This document shows, one piece after another, positions 62,134 through 64,000 of a stretch of 64,000 nt of DNA. The stretch spans positions 8,013 to 72,012 of the forward strand of contig CBFDBJ010000003.1 of NCBI GenBank assembly GCA_965603015.1, read 5' to 3'. The position numbers and the translations under genes were made by a program. Within the stretch, counting starts at the first letter, position 1. The number at the start of each line of letters is the position of its first letter. The stretch is from an uncultured Alphaproteobacteria bacterium. GTDB lineage: Bacteria; Pseudomonadota; Alphaproteobacteria; M2410. The notes below the pieces were generated by a model that was given only the letters and a program-made list of their open reading frames with translations, was not told where the DNA came from and did no database searches.

Positions 62134-63036
62134 ATGATACCTGACTGGATGAACTCGGTAGAAGGCTTTGTTGGCCTCTACCTCACAACACTGGCGTGCT
62201 GGTCGGTGCTTATTTGGAGGTTGGGTGGTGGCCAGAAACGTTTGATTCTGATTATCGGAATGACTCTTCCTGGCTTTGTTGTCTCATTGTTTGCCTTTGG
62301 CCCTCTTGAATCAGACTTTGTTGAAAAACACGCGTTCATTGTAATCAGCCTGATTACTATGGCGGTGTCAGGCCCGCCCTTTGCGCTTCATCTAGACTTT
62401 GCAAACTACCGCGAGCGACAAGACGAGAAGTGGGCGTTTAGTGTCGCTCTGCCGAACAGCATCTCGCTAATCCTTGGTTCGTTTGTCGCCTTGATCCCTG
62501 TAGTATCAATCTTCACAACGCTGATTGCAGTGCTAGCACTTGTTATCGTAGACAAGGCTCGTGATCCCCTCGTCCCGCCACAAAATCTACCAATTGAACT
62601 GGAGGTTCATTGGTTTCTATTTCCTCCTTTTCTTCATCTCCTGCTGCTGTTCTTTCCCTTCCTGTTCCTTTGGATGCATCTGGAAACCAGAGAGCCCCTC
62701 TGGCTAGCCCTCTTTGTCTTTTTATTAGTAGGGCCCGCTCTCCAGGTCTTTTTCTTCTTCAAACCAATGCGCGTGCATTTCTTGTCCGACAAGATTGTCC
62801 TCAAGCTCCTGGGCCGCACCTATTTTTACGATTGGTTGAAGATCGAGAAATTCGAAGTTCAGAGCATTGGCGTCGTCACAACGATAAAGGCGGCCTGTAA
62901 AGCTGGCACACCAATCAGACAAGTCCTTCGCTTTCCCTATTATGGCGCTTACCATCCACGTGACCTTGTGGAAACCCTCAATGCTCTGCTCGACGCAGGT
63001 GCTGGCTCACACTCCATAATTCAAGGCAGAACCTAG
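62134..63036 (+). CDS. hypothetical polytopic membrane protein with C-terminal soluble domain (cassette 2)
   Basis: 300 aa, about 6 TM. C-terminal ...HFLSDKIVLKLLGRTYFYDWLKIEKFEVQSIGVV... could be a bacterial PH-like domain. No confident family. Confidence 0.5.
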   Translation: MIPDWMNSVEGFVGLYLTTLACWSVLIWRLGGGQKRLILIIGMTLPGFVVSLFAFGPLESDFVEKHAFIVISLITMAVSGPPFALHLDFANYRERQDEKWAFSVALPNSISLILGSFVALIPVVSIFTTLIAVLALVIVDKARDPLVPPQNLPIELEVHWFLFPPFLHLLLLFFPFLFLWMHLETREPLWLALFVFLLVGPALQVFFFFKPMRVHFLSDKIVLKLLGRTYFYDWLKIEKFEVQSIGVVTTIKAACKAGTPIRQVLRFPYYGAYHPRDLVETLNALLDAGAGSHSIIQGRT

Positions 63037-63041
63037 GAGCG

Positions 63042-63788
63042 ATGCCCGACAACCACTACATACACTCCCGACTGGCGCAGGTCTATGACGTATCCGATCA
63101 GCCTTATCCTGCCGAGAAGACATTCTATCTATCGCTTGCGGGCGCGCCACCGCGCAAGGTCCTTGACCTTGGCTGCGGGGTCGGCAACCTGTGCCACGGG
63201 TTTCGCGAGAACGGTCACGAAGTGACCGGCGTTGACCCGGCCCCGGCGATGCTTGATGTTGCGGCTGCCAAGCCCGGCGGCGCGGCGATCAAGTGGATCA
63301 CCTGCGATGCGCAATCGTTTCGGTCAGATGAGCGCTTCGACCTCATCATCATGACCGGCCACGCCTTTCAGGTGCTTCTGAATGATGAGGATATTCAGGC
63401 AACACTCAAAACCATGCGCGATCATATTGCACAGGACGGCACGCTGGCCTTTGAGTCTCGTAATCCCGAAATCGACTGGGTCACCCGCTGGACCGCCAGA
63501 CCTGATACCGTGTGGGAGCTGAACCCGCGCGAAACCGTCTCGATTTCAACACACGTTCTGGACCGGTCCGGAGACACGATCTCTTTTGAGCATCATTACC
63601 GGTTCCCTGATGAGGAACTGGTGTCGTCCAGCACTCTGAAATTTACAACACTGGCTGACCTAACCAAATTTCTGGAAGATGCCGGATTTCAGGTTGAAGC
63701 CTGTTACGGCGACTGGGATCGCTCGCCCTTTGTACCCGAGACTTCCCTGGAAATGATCATCGTCGCGAAACCAGGGGATGAGGTCTGA
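63042..63788 (+). CDS. class I SAM-dependent methyltransferase (cassette 2)
   Basis: Motif I VLDLGCGVGNLCHGF. Motif II region FDLIIMTGHAFQVL. 248 aa. Confidence 0.75.
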   Translation: MPDNHYIHSRLAQVYDVSDQPYPAEKTFYLSLAGAPPRKVLDLGCGVGNLCHGFRENGHEVTGVDPAPAMLDVAAAKPGGAAIKWITCDAQSFRSDERFDLIIMTGHAFQVLLNDEDIQATLKTMRDHIAQDGTLAFESRNPEIDWVTRWTARPDTVWELNPRETVSISTHVLDRSGDTISFEHHYRFPDEELVSSSTLKFTTLADLTKFLEDAGFQVEACYGDWDRSPFVPETSLEMIIVAKPGDEV

Positions 63789-63815
63789 GGCGGAGCCAGA
63801 GGCTTGAGGCCACCT

Positions 63816-63880
63816 TCCCTCCGGGTACGGTGATTGCCGTCGCGGCGGTCAAGCTGCTGGAGGATTTGAGTGCGGAGGCC
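63816..63880 (+). other. third, truncated copy of the mutB 3-prime end segment
   Basis: ttccctccgggtacggtgattgccgtcgcggcggtcaagctgctggaggatttgagtgcggag encodes [21 protein letters not shown]. It breaks off at gcggag/gcctttaa. Confidence 0.7.
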
Positions 63881-63883
63881 TTT

Positions 63884-64000
63884 AATAGGCCTCAGCTACG
63901 GCTTCTTCTACCAACTGTTTCAACTGTTCATAACCAAAGCTGGGCATAGGCCGACCATTGACAAAAAACTCGGGAGTAGCGCGGACATTAAGCGTTTGTC
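63884..64000 (-). CDS. DsbA-like thioredoxin-fold protein, C-terminal end only (gene continues past the right edge)
   Basis: Reverse-complement reads ...QTLNVRATPEFFVNGRPMPSFGYEQLKQLVEEAVAEAY then stop, resembling a DsbA-family C-terminus. A gaggcc-tttaata-ggcctc hairpin lies at its stop. Confidence 0.4.

Overview
This 64-kb window reads as a chromosomal segment from a GC-rich alphaproteobacterium. Evidence for that is gene order and gene content: rpsP-rimM-trmD-rplS with ffh, dapF-mtaB-ftsY-yciB, ccmABCDG, acnA, argG, folD-yggU-yggT, sorAB, and mutAB. Most of it is densely packed housekeeping genes. Six kinds of accessory signal are layered on top:

1. A REP-like palindromic repeat family. 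At least nine copies fall into three subfamilies, all with TGTC(A/G)TCC ... GGA(C/T)GACA termini. They sit in intergenic gaps and generate many of the spurious ORFs in the six-frame track. A RAYT-like IS200-fold (HuH/Y1) transposase gene with an extra DnaA-domain-IV-like HTH is also present.
2. A REP-dense accessory patch at 21.7-26 kb. It holds a 2-TM protein of unknown function, a small MazG-like NTP pyrophosphohydrolase, an L,D-transpeptidase-like protein, an amidohydrolase, and YccF.
3. An AT-rich patch with a COG1373-type AAA ATPase.
4. A lower-GC glyco-modification island. It carries a flippase-like membrane protein, a methyltransferase, a GtrB-like GT2, a GT-C membrane glycosyltransferase, a decayed GT2 N-terminal remnant, and a sulfotransferase.
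5. A 626-bp structured intergenic region with a perfect 34-nt palindrome, a perfect 20-nt palindrome, and a 15-bp-stem hairpin. It lies between an orphan flagellar-rod-like gene and a FliL-like gene.
6. Most strikingly, three diverged direct copies of the last 20-45 codons of mutB (the methylmalonyl-CoA mutase large subunit) sit at the right end. They delimit two low-GC cassettes (membrane proteins plus a SAM methyltransferase). This looks like serial site-specific insertion into the mutB 3-prime end, with no integrase inside the window.

Coordinates of corrected starts are my own reading of the sequence and may be off by 1-3 nt. The six-frame track treats ATG, GTG and TTG all as M.
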